A DNA stretch of 64,000 bases from Malacoraja senta (lineage: Eukaryota), in the NCBI GenBank assembly GCA_038087875.1, contig CM075998.1:6264001-6328000 (forward strand), read 5' to 3'. A program made the translations under genes and the position numbers. Each line of letters starts with the position of its first letter. Within the stretch, counting starts at the first letter, position 1. The notes under the pieces were generated by a model. The model saw nothing but the letters and a program-made list of their open reading frames with translations. It did not search any database and was not told the DNA's origin. Shown here piece after piece: positions 12,791 to 24,659 of this stretch.

Positions 12791-12960
12791 AGGGCCTGTC
12801 CCACTGATGTGATTTTTTTCGGCGACTTGCCGGCACCCGTCACCGTCGCAGCAGGTCGCCGAAAATGTTCAACATGTTGAAAATCCAGCGGACGACCAGA
12901 AAATGGTACGACTCTTTGGGCGACTACTCACGGCCATACAGGCGTCACCCCGCGACAGAT
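12791..12960. mobile_element. Truncated PIF/Harbinger-like MITE
   Basis: TTA|AGGGCCTGTCCCAC terminus; interior related to the 51495 element. Confidence 0.6.
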
Positions 12961-15706
12961 TACGGTGGGGTGCTGAGAAGATTTACGAGGATGCTGCCAG
13001 GACTTTAGGTCTCTGAGCTACAGGGAGAGGTTGAGGCAGGTTCGGACTTTATTCCTTGGAGCGCAGGAGGCTGAGGGGTGATCTTATAGAGGTGGACAAG
13101 ACCATGAGGGGAATAGATGGAGTAGATGCACAGAATCTTTTACCCAGGGTTGGGGAATCAAGAACCATGCATTAGGGTTAGCATTAACGTGAACCTGAGG
13201 GGCAACGTTTTTCACACAAGGGGGTGGTGGGTGTACGGAACGAGCTGCCGGAGGATGCAATTGAGGCAGGTTACTATAAGAACATTTAAAAAACAGTTAG
13301 ACAGTTACATGGGTAGGACAGGTTTGGAGAGATATGGGCAAACGCAGCTAGGTGGGACTAGTGTAGATGGGGCATGTTGGCCAGTGTGGGCAAGTTGGGC
13401 TGAAGGGCCTGTTTGCATGCTGTATCACTCTGTGACAATGGACTACTCCAACATACCCTTTTCCTAATCTGTAGATGCTGGTTTAAACCAAAGGTAAACA
13501 CAAAACGCTGGAGTAACTCAGCGGGACAGGCAGCATCTCTGGAGAGAAGGAATGGGTGACGTTTCAGGTCGAGACCCTTCTTCAGACCCAACTTCTCCCA
13601 TCAAAAGGGTCTCGACCCGAAACGTTCCCCCAGCACTGTGTGTCTACCCTTTTCCTGATCCAGAGATCCTCAGGGATTTGAAGTCACTTCACCGACAACC
13701 TTTCCCATGGTCTCAGCAACTTCAACCTCTTCAGCTTGGTCTTCCCTTTACAAGCTGCAAACTGCTCAGCTCACCCTATTTCATCTTTCCTCTCAACGCT
13801 AAAAAAAAAATCCTCCCAAGATAAAAGATAATCCTCCTTGCCCTTGGCGAAGTAGACATTGGGTTGTGAGGCTAGCCTGTGATCGGCCCCAAAATTAGTT
13901 TTGAAACTGGGTAAGCCTGGGCCTAGCTGTGTCAACAGTGGGCCTGCCCACAGTGAGTACATAGAGGTCCCCTGTCTCTGCCTTTGTCTACATGTGGCTG
14001 CCAGACATAACCAATGTTCACAGGCATCAGGCAGCAATTTCATTAAACAAACGCCTCAGTTGTCTGCGTAATTAATTAAACAGCTTTTACCAAATTTCTT
14101 CAGAGGAAATGAAATGTAAACATGTCTCGATACACCGTTTTCTGAAGAAGGGTCCCGACCCAAAACGTCACCCATTCCTTCTCTCCAGAGATGCTGCCTG
14201 TCCCGCTGAGTTACTCCAGCATTTTGTGTCTATCTTCGGTTTAAACCAGCATCTGCAGTTCCTTCCTGCACCGTTTTCACTTCAGTGAAGGAGTTGTAAC
14301 TCAGCAGCAAGGGAGCAGATGTGGTGTGAACGTTGCAATTGGCAATCCCAAATGACCAGAGAGGAGACAAGCGCATGCACACCGAGGCCCTGGTTAACTC
14401 ACCATTTCCCCAATCGGCGACATATTACACTGCAATTGTGTCCTCATGATCTGCTGACTTACTCTCCATGGACATGTGCGGACATGGGATCCACTCTGGG
14501 CCCCACCCCAGATTTGTTCCAGAGCCACTGCAGGAATGGGAGCGGGTACCTGGATGCTCCCGGATGTGCCGGATGCCGAGTGTGGGGAGAATGTGTGGCC
14601 TGCTTCATTGGGGGCGGGTGTGGGGCCAGTGTGTCGACCATCTCTGGCATATCTGGTGGAGCCGCTGCCCTCGTGGCTCCAGAGACCCCGGTTCAATCCT
14701 GGCCTCGGGTGCTGTCTGTGTGTGGAGTTTGCACGTTCTCCCCGTGACTGCGTGGGCTTCCTCCAGGTGCTCTGCTTTCCTCCCACATCCCACCTACTGT
14801 GTAGATTGCTTAGATTTATTGGTCCTCTGTAACTTGCTCCTGGTGTGCAGCTGAAGGGTAGCGACAGGGGGGGGAGATCATAAGTGATAAGAGCAGAATT
14901 AGGCCCTTCGGCCCATCAAGTGTACTTTGCCATTCAAGAGTTAGATAGAGCTCTAGGGGCTAGTGGATCAAGGGATATGGGGAGAAGGCAGGCACGGGTT
15001 ATTGATTGGGGACGATCAGCCATGATCACAATGAATGGCGGTGCTGGCACGAAGGGCCGAATGGTCTCCTCCTGCCCCTATTTTCTATGTTTCAATCATG
15101 GCTGATCTATCTCTCCCTCCCAACCCCATTCTGCTGCCTTCTCCCTCTGACACCCGTACTAATCAAATCAGTTGGTGGGTGAGTGGGGAATACAGGCATG
15201 GGGAAATGGGATTGGTCTCTGAGCCAGCATAGCCTTGATGGGCTGAATGACCTTGTTTTACATCATAAGGAAGTCTGGAAACATAACACCAATTTTCCAT
15301 GATCTTGGCACTGTATCTCCAAGTTGAATTTTGCACCATCTATGTTTAGATCTAGTTTAGTTTAGAGATACAGTGCGGAAACAGGCCCTTCGGCCCAGCG
15401 TGTCCATGCCGACCAGCACACTAACACTATCCTACACACATAATGGGACAATTTACAATTTTACCAAAGCCATACTAACCTGTATGTCCTTGGAGTGTGG
15501 GAGGAATCTGAAGATCTCGGAGAAAACCCATGTGGTCACGGGGAGAACGTGCAAACTCCACACAGACAGCACCCGTAGTCGGGATGGAACCCGGGTCTCT
15601 GGCGCTGTGAGGCAGCAACTCTACCGCTGCGCCACCGTGCAGTTCAGGGCAAGGTGTGTACACGTCTCCAGGGCAACACTGTAATAATGTCGCTCTCTTC
15701 CTACAG

Positions 15707-15793
15707 GTCAAGCCCCTGCACCACCCCCACCACCCACCGCTCCTCCATTACCTGGTAGCTCTCTGTCGGTTATCCTCAGCCATGGATTGTCAG
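15707..15793 (+). CDS. FMNL3: FMNL3 exon, FH1 (GQAPAPPPPPTAPPLPGSSLSVILSHGLS)
   Basis: ctctcttcctacag|GT...TCAG|gtaatg; 87 bp, phase 1-1; poly-Pro followed by the SVIL..GLS linker that precedes FH2. Confidence 0.9.
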
Positions 15794-16226
15794 GTAATGG
15801 TCTGCATGTTTTATACATCCATGTTATTGATTGCTAAGCTACCTTTGCCATCGAGAAGATTCAAGGCTTGGCCTGAGCAGCCATTTCAGTGCCATGTTCA
15901 ATTCAACCCATGGACTGAAGAGCCACTGCCAGCATTGCTGAGAGAAGCAGTCAAAGCCCATGCAGCAAAATTAGAGGAATAGATTGGACCTGTATGGAGG
16001 TAGCATAGGCCTGATGGGTAGAATGGTCTATATCTCGCTATGCTGCATGTAGATGGGCATGTACATTGCTGCATCTTCAGAAATCCATCCAATCCTCATT
16101 TGTTCCAACCAAATTTTGGGTGAGCCCACAACTGTCTGTTGGATGGGTGTATGGAACGAGCTTCCAGAGCAGCTAGTTGAGGCAGGGACTATCGCAACGT
16201 TTAAGAAACATTTAGACAGGTAAATG

Positions 16227-17721
16227 TTTAAGAAGGAACTGCAGATGCTGGAAAATCGAAGATAGACAAAATTGCTGGAGAAACTCAGCGGGTGCAGCAG
16301 CATCTATGGAGCAAAGGAAATAGGCGACGTTTCAGGTCGAAAACCTTCTTCAGACTGATGTGAGGGTGGGGGGGGGGGGGAAGAAGAAAGGAAGAGGTGG
16401 AGCCAGTGGGCCGAGGGAGAGCTGGGAAGGGGAGGGGAAAGGGGAAAGCAGGGACTACCTGAAATTAGAGAAGTCAATGTTCATACTGCTGGGGTGTAAA
16501 CTGCCCAAGCGAAATATGAGGTGCTGCTCCTCCAATTTACAGTGGTCCTCACTCTGGCCATGGAGGAGGCCCAGGACAGAAAGGTCGGATTCGGAATGGG
16601 TGGGGGAGTTGAAGCGCTGAGCCACCGGTAGATCAGGTTGGTTATTGCGGACCGAGCGGAGGTGTTCGGCGAAGCGATCGCCAAGCCTACGCTTGGTCTC
16701 ACCGATGTAGAGCAACTGACACCTAGAGCAGCGGATGCAATAGATGAGGTTGGAGGAGGTGCAGGTGAACCTCTGCCGCACCTGGAAAGACTGCTTGGGT
16801 CCTTGAATGGAGTCAAGGGGGAGGTAAAGCGACAAGTGTAGCATTTCCTGCGGTTGCAAGGGAAAATGCCCGGAGAGGGGGTGGTACGGGTGGGAAGGGA
16901 CGAATTGACCAGGGAGTTACAGAGGGAGCGGTCTCTGCGGAAAGCAGACAGGGGAGGAGATGGGAAGATGTGGCAAGTGGTGGGATCCCGTTGGAGGTGG
17001 CGAAAATGTCGGAGGATTATTTGTTGTATGTGACGGCTGGTAGGGTGGAAGGTGAGGACAAGGGGGACTCTGCCCTTGTTACGAGTGGGGGGATGGGGAG
17101 TGAGAGCAGAGTTACGGGTTATAGAAGAGACCCTGGTGAGAGCCTCATCTATAGTAGAAGAGGGAACCCCCGTTCCCTGAAGAATTAGGACATCTCTGAT
17201 GCCCTGGTGTGGAACACCTCATCCTGGGTGCAGATGTCTCCGTCTACGTCTATGTCAACTGCTCTACATCGGTGAGACCAAGCGTAGGCTTGGCGATCGC
17301 TTTGCCCAACACCTCCGCTTGGTTCGCAATAACCATCCTGATCTCCCGGTGGCTCAGTGCTTCAACTCCCCTCCCATTCCGAATCCGACCTTTCTGTCCT
17401 GGGCCTCCTCCATGGCCAGAGTGAGTCCCACTGTAAATTGGAGGAGCAGCACCTCATATTTTGCTTGGGTAGTTTACACCCCAGCGGTATGAACATTGAC
17501 CTCTCTAATTTCTGGTAGTCCCTGCTTTCTCCTCCCCTTCTCAGCTCTCCCTCAGCCCACTGGCTCCGCCTCTTCCTTTCTTCTTCCCGCCCCCCCACAC
17601 CCTCCCCCCCCCCCACCCTCACATCAGTCTGAAGAAGGGTTTCGACCCGAAACGTTGCCTATTTCCTTCGCTCCATAGATGCTGCCTCACCCGCTGAGAT
17701 TCTCCAGCATTTTTGTCTACC
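16227..17721 (-). mobile_element. Penelope-like (Neptune-type) retroelement fragment with inverted structure; GIY-YIG endonuclease remnant at 16455-16859
   Basis: FTCTSSNLIYCIRCSRCQLLYIGETKRRLGDRFAEH (GIY-YIG); inverted second copy at 17250-17721; 15-bp TSD TTAGACAGGTAAATG at 16212-16226 and 17722-17736 inside a CR1 remnant. Confidence 0.9.
17629..17656 (+). ncRNA. Minimal hammerhead-ribozyme-like motif in the Penelope terminal repeat
   Basis: CUGAAGA-A-GGGU(UUCG)ACCC-GAAAC-GUU; stem I pairing is weak. Confidence 0.55.
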
Positions 17722-17956
17722 TTAGACAGGTAAATGGATAGGACAGGTTTGGAGTGATATGGGCCAAACACAGGCAGGTGGGACTAGTGTAGCTGGGACA
17801 TGTTGGCTGGTGTGGGCAAGTTGGGCCGAAGGGCCTGTTTCCACGCTGTATCACTCTATGACTATGACTCTGTGACCAAGAGATGAGAATTCAGCACTAA
17901 TACAAGTAGTCTTTAGTACTGTGACATGAGCTAACTGTTTCCATTCTTCCTTTTAG

Positions 17957-18081
17957 CCATTCGGATCAAGAAACCAATTAAGACAAAATTCCGTTTGCCG
18001 GTATTTAACTGGATGGCACTAAAACCCAATCAGATCAACGGGACGGTCTTCACTGAGATCGATGACGAGAAGATCTTGGAG
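17957..18081 (+). CDS. FMNL3: FMNL3 exon, start of FH2 ([42 protein letters not shown])
   Basis: ttccttttag|CC...GAG|gtaagc; 125 bp, phase 1-0; FH2 lasso motif. Confidence 0.95.
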
Positions 18082-18881
18082 GTAAGCTGAGTTTGAGTAT
18101 TTATCCCCAACCGCCCCTGTGGAGCTGGTGAGACTGCAGGAAGCAAGTTCAATCATGGCACAAGAGCTGGGGCCTGGGACATTGTCCCCGCCTGGCCCCA
18201 GCTACAAATTCAACAGCCACGTTAACTCTGAAATGAAAAAAACAACAAATGCTGGCAACCCTCAGCTGGTCAGGCAGCATCTGTGGAGGGAGAAACAGAA
18301 TTAATGTTTTGGGTCGATGACTTTCATCAGGCCCTTTACCGTTACCGTTTTGGACAGTGGTCATTTTTTCCCATTTAATCTGCTCCTCAATGCAAATCGT
18401 CATCCTCGATGGCACAAGAATTGTTCCACGTGCCATTAATGTTGGGGCTAGACATTGATTTTCAACCATGGCAAAGTTCACAACATATCCACTAACTGTA
18501 GACAACGTGCAAAGAGGAGGTAGATGATGATAAGATGACAGTGTGATAGATACAGTATCGATTTAGAAGCAAAATGCTGGAGTACCTGCTTCAGGCTTGA
18601 TACGTCACCAATTCTCGGCCCGAAACGTCACCCATTCCTTCTCTCCACAGATGCTGCCTGTCCCGCTGAGTTACTCCAGCTTTTTGTGTCTATCTTCGGT
18701 TTAAACCAGCATCTGCAGTTCCTATATCTTTGGAAGAGTTGTCAAGGCAAGTCGAGCATATTGTCATCTGCATGAGCAGGATGAGCTGCAGGGACAATTG
18801 CAGCAGCATCACAGACACCCAGACAACACACACACAAACATAAACGCTCAACAGTGAAAGGAAAAACAACTGCAAAAACAC

Positions 18882-19081
18882 NNNNNNNNNNNNNNNNNNN
18901 NNNNNNNNNNNNNNNNNNNNNNNNNNNNNNNNNNNNNNNNNNNNNNNNNNNNNNNNNNNNNNNNNNNNNNNNNNNNNNNNNNNNNNNNNNNNNNNNNNNN
19001 NNNNNNNNNNNNNNNNNNNNNNNNNNNNNNNNNNNNNNNNNNNNNNNNNNNNNNNNNNNNNNNNNNNNNNNNNNNNNNNNN
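18882..19081. other. Assembly gap (200 N)
   Basis: Run of N. Confidence 1.
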
Positions 19082-19329
19082 AAATGGGTGGTTGAAAGCT
19101 AGCAGGGATTCGGTGGGCTGGAGCACCATGACTCCATGACTCCATCGTTATGAGGCCACACACACAATAATAGCAATTTGTGACCGGTCTCATTGATTCC
19201 CATCTTCTTGCCTAGGGGCACCTTAGCTCCACCCTGTGGCTCTCCATGGAGACTGGGCATTTCCTATCCCTCTGCCCACCCTCTCAGAGATGGCAAGTCT
19301 CTATGCTGAGCTCCCCACTCACTCCCCAC

Positions 19330-19475
19330 AGTGCCAATAGAAGGGAGGATGGTTTGTGTGTGACGGTCTGGGCTGCGTCCACAATTCACTGCAATTTCTT
19401 GCGGACTTGGATGGAGCTGTTCCCAAACCAAGCTGTGATGCATCACGATAAAATGCGTTCCACGGCGTATCTGTC
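19330..19475 (-). mobile_element. Rex1/Babar-like LINE remnant
   Basis: Minus strand reads ...AVERILS*CITAWFGNSS.. like the Rex RT C-terminus; possible 3'-end pieces at about 20795-21150, 32286-32490 and 35745-35920. Confidence 0.55.
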
Positions 19476-19672
19476 CCATCAGATTTCTTGCAGTACCTGC
19501 ATGAGAGGCCCCACCCATGGTTTAATGAACCTACTGGCATCTTGTATGCCTTTAGCCCTTCCACGGTTAAAGGTGTCCTTTGTCCTTTATCCACCCAGAG
19601 ACTCCGGCCGTTCCATGTACAAAGTAACTGGCAGCGACCTCTTGTGCACCTCACCACACATCACACCACACA

Positions 19673-19968
19673 GGGCAGCACGGTGGGGCAGCGGTAGAGT
19701 TGCTGCCTCACAGCGCCAGAGACCCGGGTTCCATCCTGACTACGGGTGCTGTCTGTACGGAGTTTGTACATTCTCCCCGTGACCTGCGTGGGTTTTCTTC
19801 GGGTGCTCCGGTTTCCTCCCACACTCCAAAGACGTGCAGGCTTGTAGGTTAATTAGCTTCGGTAAAGAATGTAAATTGTCCCTAGTTTGTGTGAGTAGCG
19901 TTAATGTGCTGGTCGGTGTGGACTGGGTGGGCCGGAGAGCCTGTATCTCTAATCTAAAACTAAACTAA
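19673..19968 (+). mobile_element. HE1-like SINE
   Basis: Head, body and (AAACT)n tail present. Confidence 0.88.
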
Positions 19969-20591
19969 CCATCCAGTGCCTGTCCTCGTTACTGCTCCAT
20001 CAAGGGCCCTGTTCTTCTGTCCCCCCCCCCCCCCCCCCCCCCCACTCACTGCTTCCTCAGCACAAACATCCCAAACCCATTGTCAGTTGGCTGTGCGTGG
20101 GCTTCTCTCCACGTTGCTGTGCAGTGAGGCTAGTAAACAGGATGTCGCATCTAGCCAAACATCCTCTATTCATGGCAGACAATCACGAAACAACAACATG
20201 TCAAAAACAAGACCGAATTGGACATGTGATTCTTAAAGACGTGTACACGTTCAATGTAAGATACAAATAGATGCAAATAAATGATCCCTAGTGGGTGTAG
20301 GATAGTGCCAGTGTGCGGGGATCGCTGGTCGGCACAGACTCGGTGGGTCGAAGGGCCTGTTTCCGCGCTGTATCTCTAAACTAAACTAAACCCCAGTCAG
20401 GATTCCTTGCCCTTTGCCCTTTGCCCTTCCGAACAGGTTATCCTCAATGTTTAGCATTTTGAATCTAGTGGGCGATTGTGTGCTTTCCATATTGCATTAG
20501 AGGCCTCAGCTCAGGCCTGTTGGAGATGGGCAACTGGCTTTTCAATGTTTTCTTGACACTTTCCTATTATACTTGGCGTGGGCGACCTTAA

Positions 20592-20780
20592 AGGGCCTGT
20601 CCCACTTGGGCGTCATTTGCGCGCCACGCAGGTGAATCCCAAAATCCTGGGGCGCTGCGCGCTACTGTGCGTCACTGCCTACGTCACCAGCAAAGAGAAT
20701 CAAACTTTTTTTAAACAAAAAACCTCTGCTGGCTTTGTATTTGGGTCATGCGAAATGAAGTCAAGATTGAAAAAAACCTA
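20592..20780. mobile_element. Truncated PIF/Harbinger-like MITE
   Basis: TAA|AGGGCCTGTCCCAC terminus, CpG-rich interior, no right end. Confidence 0.55.
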
Positions 20781-22309
20781 GTTAGTTAGTTAGTTTAGTT
20801 AGTTTATTATTGTAGTCATGTGTACCGAGGTACAGTGAAAAGCTTTTTGTTGCGTGCTATCCAGTCAGCAGAAAGACTGTACGTAATATCAATCAAACCG
20901 TCCACAGTGTACAGATACAGGATAACTTATTGTCAGGTACAGTGGAAAGCTTTTTTATCGTGTGCTATCCAGGCAGCGGAAAGAATATTTGTGATTACAA
21001 TCAAGCCATTCGCAGTATACAGATACAGGATAAAGGGAGTAACGTTTAGTGCAAGGTAAAGTCCAATTGCAGATAAGTTGAGGAGCTTCAATGAGGTAGG
21101 TGGGAGGCAGGACCGGTTTCGAGTTGGTGAGAGGATGGTTCAGTTAACTAACTAATCTAGCTAAACTAATTAAATGGATGATGTGTCTGGGTCCAGTGAA
21201 ATGAAATCAAGATTGTAGAAACCTTGTTAGTGGCGATGGATTGAGAATGGAATCCAAAACAGGGCCCTTGCATCGGAACCCCTGTGTGCGTGCATATCAT
21301 ACGATTTGTACTTAAGAGTTTCTTAACTCTAACGCAACCCAATCTTGACTTGAGCAAAGTACTGGCACCCATTGAACTGCGCCTGTGGGAGAGAATGAGA
21401 CACAATTGATGCAGATGCAGCATTGTTGCAGTATCGTTTTACCAGGATGTTGCCAGGACTCGAGGGGTCTGAGCTACAGGGTGAGGTTGAGTAGACTGGG
21501 ACACAGGAGGATAAGGGGTGATCTTATAGGGGTGGATAAAATCATGAGAGGAATAGATCAGGTACAGAGTCTCTTGCCTAGAGAGAGGGAATCGAGGACC
21601 AGAGGACATAGGTGAAGGGGAAAAGATTTACTAGGAATCTGAGGGGTATCTTTTTCACACAAAGAGTGGCGGGTGTATGGAACGAGCTGCCAGAGGAGGT
21701 AGTTGAGGCTGGGACTATCCCAACATTTAAGAAGCAATTAGACAGGTTCAAGGATAGGACAGGTTTGGAGGGAAATCAGCCAAACGCAGGCAGGTGGGAC
21801 TAGTGTAGCTGGGACATGTTGGCCAGTGTGGGCAAGTTGGGCCGAAGGGCCTGTTTCCAGGTTGTATCACTCTGTGACTATGTATGAGGTGTTGGAGTGC
21901 TGCTGCATGGCTGCAACTGCAACTGCAGCAGCATTCCACCAGTGCAGACAATGTCACCAACAAGTCTTCCTCTGTACCAACGTTTAGTGGGAACGAGATG
22001 AAACATGATGTGGCATGGTGACTCATGGCACGTGTGTCTCACCTTGAATCCAGACAATTCTGAAAGGAAGAAATACTCATAATCATAGAATCATACAGCA
22101 TGGAAACAGGCCCTTCAGCCCAACTCGTCCATACATCCAAGATGCCCCATCTAAGCTAGTCCCATTTGCCTGCTTTTGGTCCATATTCCTCCATACTTTT
22201 CCCATTCATGTACCTGCCCAAATGTTGTATCGTCAATGGGTGGGGAATGCATCCAGTATCTCATTGAATCTCTTGACACAACCTGTACAACAGTGAGGGA
22301 GAGATTGTG

Positions 22310-22625
22310 TGGCGGCACGGTGGCGTAGCGGTAGAGTTGCTGCCTCACCGCGCCGGGGACCCGGGTTCCATCCCGACTACGGGTGCTGTCTGTACAGAGT
22401 TTGTACGATCTCCCCGTGACCTGCGTGGGTTTTTCTGGGTGCTTCGGTTTCCTCCCACACTCCAAAGACGTACAGGTTTGTAGGTTAATAGGCTTGGTAT
22501 AAATGTAAAAATTGTTCCTAGTGTGTGTAGGATAGTGTTAGTGTGCTGGGGATCACTGGTCGGCGCGGACTCGGTGGGCTGAAGGGCCTGTTTCCGTGCT
22601 GTATCTCTAAACTAAACTAAACTAA
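22310..22625 (+). mobile_element. Full-length HE1-like SINE
   Basis: tRNA-like head, conserved body, CR1-like tail, (AAACT)n. Confidence 0.9.
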
Positions 22626-22797
22626 GCTAAAATGTCCAGTATCTCATTCAATTGCTTGACAAAAGTGTACGAGGGAGGGAGAGATTGTGTTCCTCAAAGG
22701 ATTCTCCGATCTTGTGTGCGGGGGAGGGGGGGGCTTTCTGTGCAAGGAGATGGCCATGATAGATATGGGCTTCATGACCGTTTCATTTTTCCCACAG

Positions 22798-22961
22798 TTT
22801 CGTTGGAAAATGTCCTGTTGGACGTAAAGGAGATGGGCCACAACATGGAGCTGGTGAAGCGGGAGAGTAATAAGCATGAGCATAACCTGGTGCTGAAGGA
22901 TTTCCTGTCAATAAACGAAGGGAAGTTGGAAAAACTGCAACGAGACTCCAAAACTGCGCAG
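22798..22961 (+). CDS. FMNL3: FMNL3 exon, late FH2 ([55 protein letters not shown])
   Basis: tttttcccacag|TT...CAG|gcaagt; 164 bp, phase 1-0; GC donor. Confidence 0.92.
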
Positions 22962-23029
22962 GCAAGTGGAATGTGGCGCTGAGCGCCTTTCCCATCTTTG
23001 ATCTCGGCATTCCAGTTCTCAGCCTAAGT

Positions 23030-23688
23030 AGGCAGTGAAGAAAGCCTACTTAGGCCTTCATCACAAGAGGATTTGTGTTTAAGAGCAAGGAGGTCCTACT
23101 GTAGTTGTACGGGGCCCTGGTGAGACCAAACCTGGAGTATTGTGTACAGTTTTGGTCTCTTAATTTGCGGAAGGACATTCTTGCTATTGAGGGAGTGCAG
23201 TGTAGGTTCACCAGGTAGTTCCCGGGATGGCAGGACTGACACATGATGAAAGAATGGGTCGACTGGGCTTGTATTCACTGGAATTTAGAAGGATGAGAGG
23301 GGATCTTACAGAAACATATAAAATTCTTAAGGGATTGGACAGGCTAGATGCAGGAAAAATGTTCCCCATGTTAGGGGAGTCCAGAACCAGGGGTCACAGT
23401 TTAAGAATAAGGGGTAGGCCATTTAGGACTGAGATGAGAAAAAACCTTTTTACCCAGAGAGTTGTGAATCTGTGGAATTCTCTGCCACAGAAGGCAGTGG
23501 AGGCCAATTCACTGGGTGTTTTCAAGAGAGAGTTAGATTTAGCTCTTGGGGCTAACGGAATCAAGGGATATGGGGAGAAAGCAGGAATGGGGTACTGATT
23601 TTGGATGATCAGCCATGATCATATTGAATGGCAGTGCTGGCTCGAAGGGCCGAATGGCCTACTCATGCACCTATTTTCTATGTTTCTA
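23030..23688 (+). mobile_element. CR1 LINE 3' fragment
   Basis: ORF 23227-23598 (LEFRRMRGDL...TQRVVNLWNSLP). Confidence 0.88.
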
Positions 23689-24659
23689 AGCTGTTCAGCG
23701 CAGGTTCAGTCTAAGCCCCAAACATATATATGGTCAGGATGTGCCATGGCTTATTTCTTCAGTGGAATGGTTGCCATTTATACATTGAAAGAGGTTATGG
23801 TTTATGGAAACACATGGGATGAGAAGTTCAGAAGTCAAAGGAGCAGAATTAGGCCATTCTGCCCACCCAGTCTATTCCACCACATAGTCATATGATCATA
23901 CAGTGTGGAAACAGGCCCTTCGGCCCAACTTGCCCACACCGACCAACATGTCCCAGCTATACTAGTCCTGCCTGCCCGCGTTTGGTCCATATCCATCCAA
24001 ACCTGTCCTATCCATGTACCTGTCTAACTGTGTCTTAAACGTTGCGATCGTCCAGCCTCAACTACCTCTGGCAGCCCGTTTCCAACATGCACCACTCTTT
24101 GTGTGAAAATGTTACCCTCAGATTTCTATGAATCTTTCTGTTAAATCTTTCCCCCTCACCTTAAACCTACGTCCTCAGGTTCTCTGGGCAAGAGACTGTG
24201 CATCGACTCAATCGTGGCTGATCTATTTTCCCCCCTCACCCCCATTCTCCTGCCTTCTCTCCGTTACCTTTGATGCCCGTACTAATCAACAACCTGTCTA
24301 AATTCCTGCTTTAAAAATACCCAAAGACGTGGCCTCCACAACCATCTGTGGCAATAAATTCCGCAAATTCACCACCCTGATCCACAGTTTAAATGATAGC
24401 ACCATGCACATGGATTCAAGCGATCCCCTCCCACAATAGGCTTGCTTCTAGCTGATGTTTCCCCCCAGGCCAATTACCCATTCCTTATTGCTTAGTTTAG
24501 TTTAGAGAAACAGGCCCTTTGGCCCACCGAGTCCGTGCAGACTAACGATCCCCACACACTAACACTATCCTACACACACACTGGGGATAATTTTCACTTA
24601 TATCAAGCCAATTAACCTACAAACCTGCACATCTTTGGAGTGTGGGAGGAAACCAAGGA

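Noticed and set aside
16455..16859. Domesticated stand-alone GIY-YIG nuclease gene
   Set aside because: Part of a truncated Penelope copy with an upstream stop; similar fragments at 17250, 29775 and 50430.
22310..22385. tRNA-like sequence with A/B boxes
   Set aside because: SINE head continuous with the SINE body; many copies in the window.
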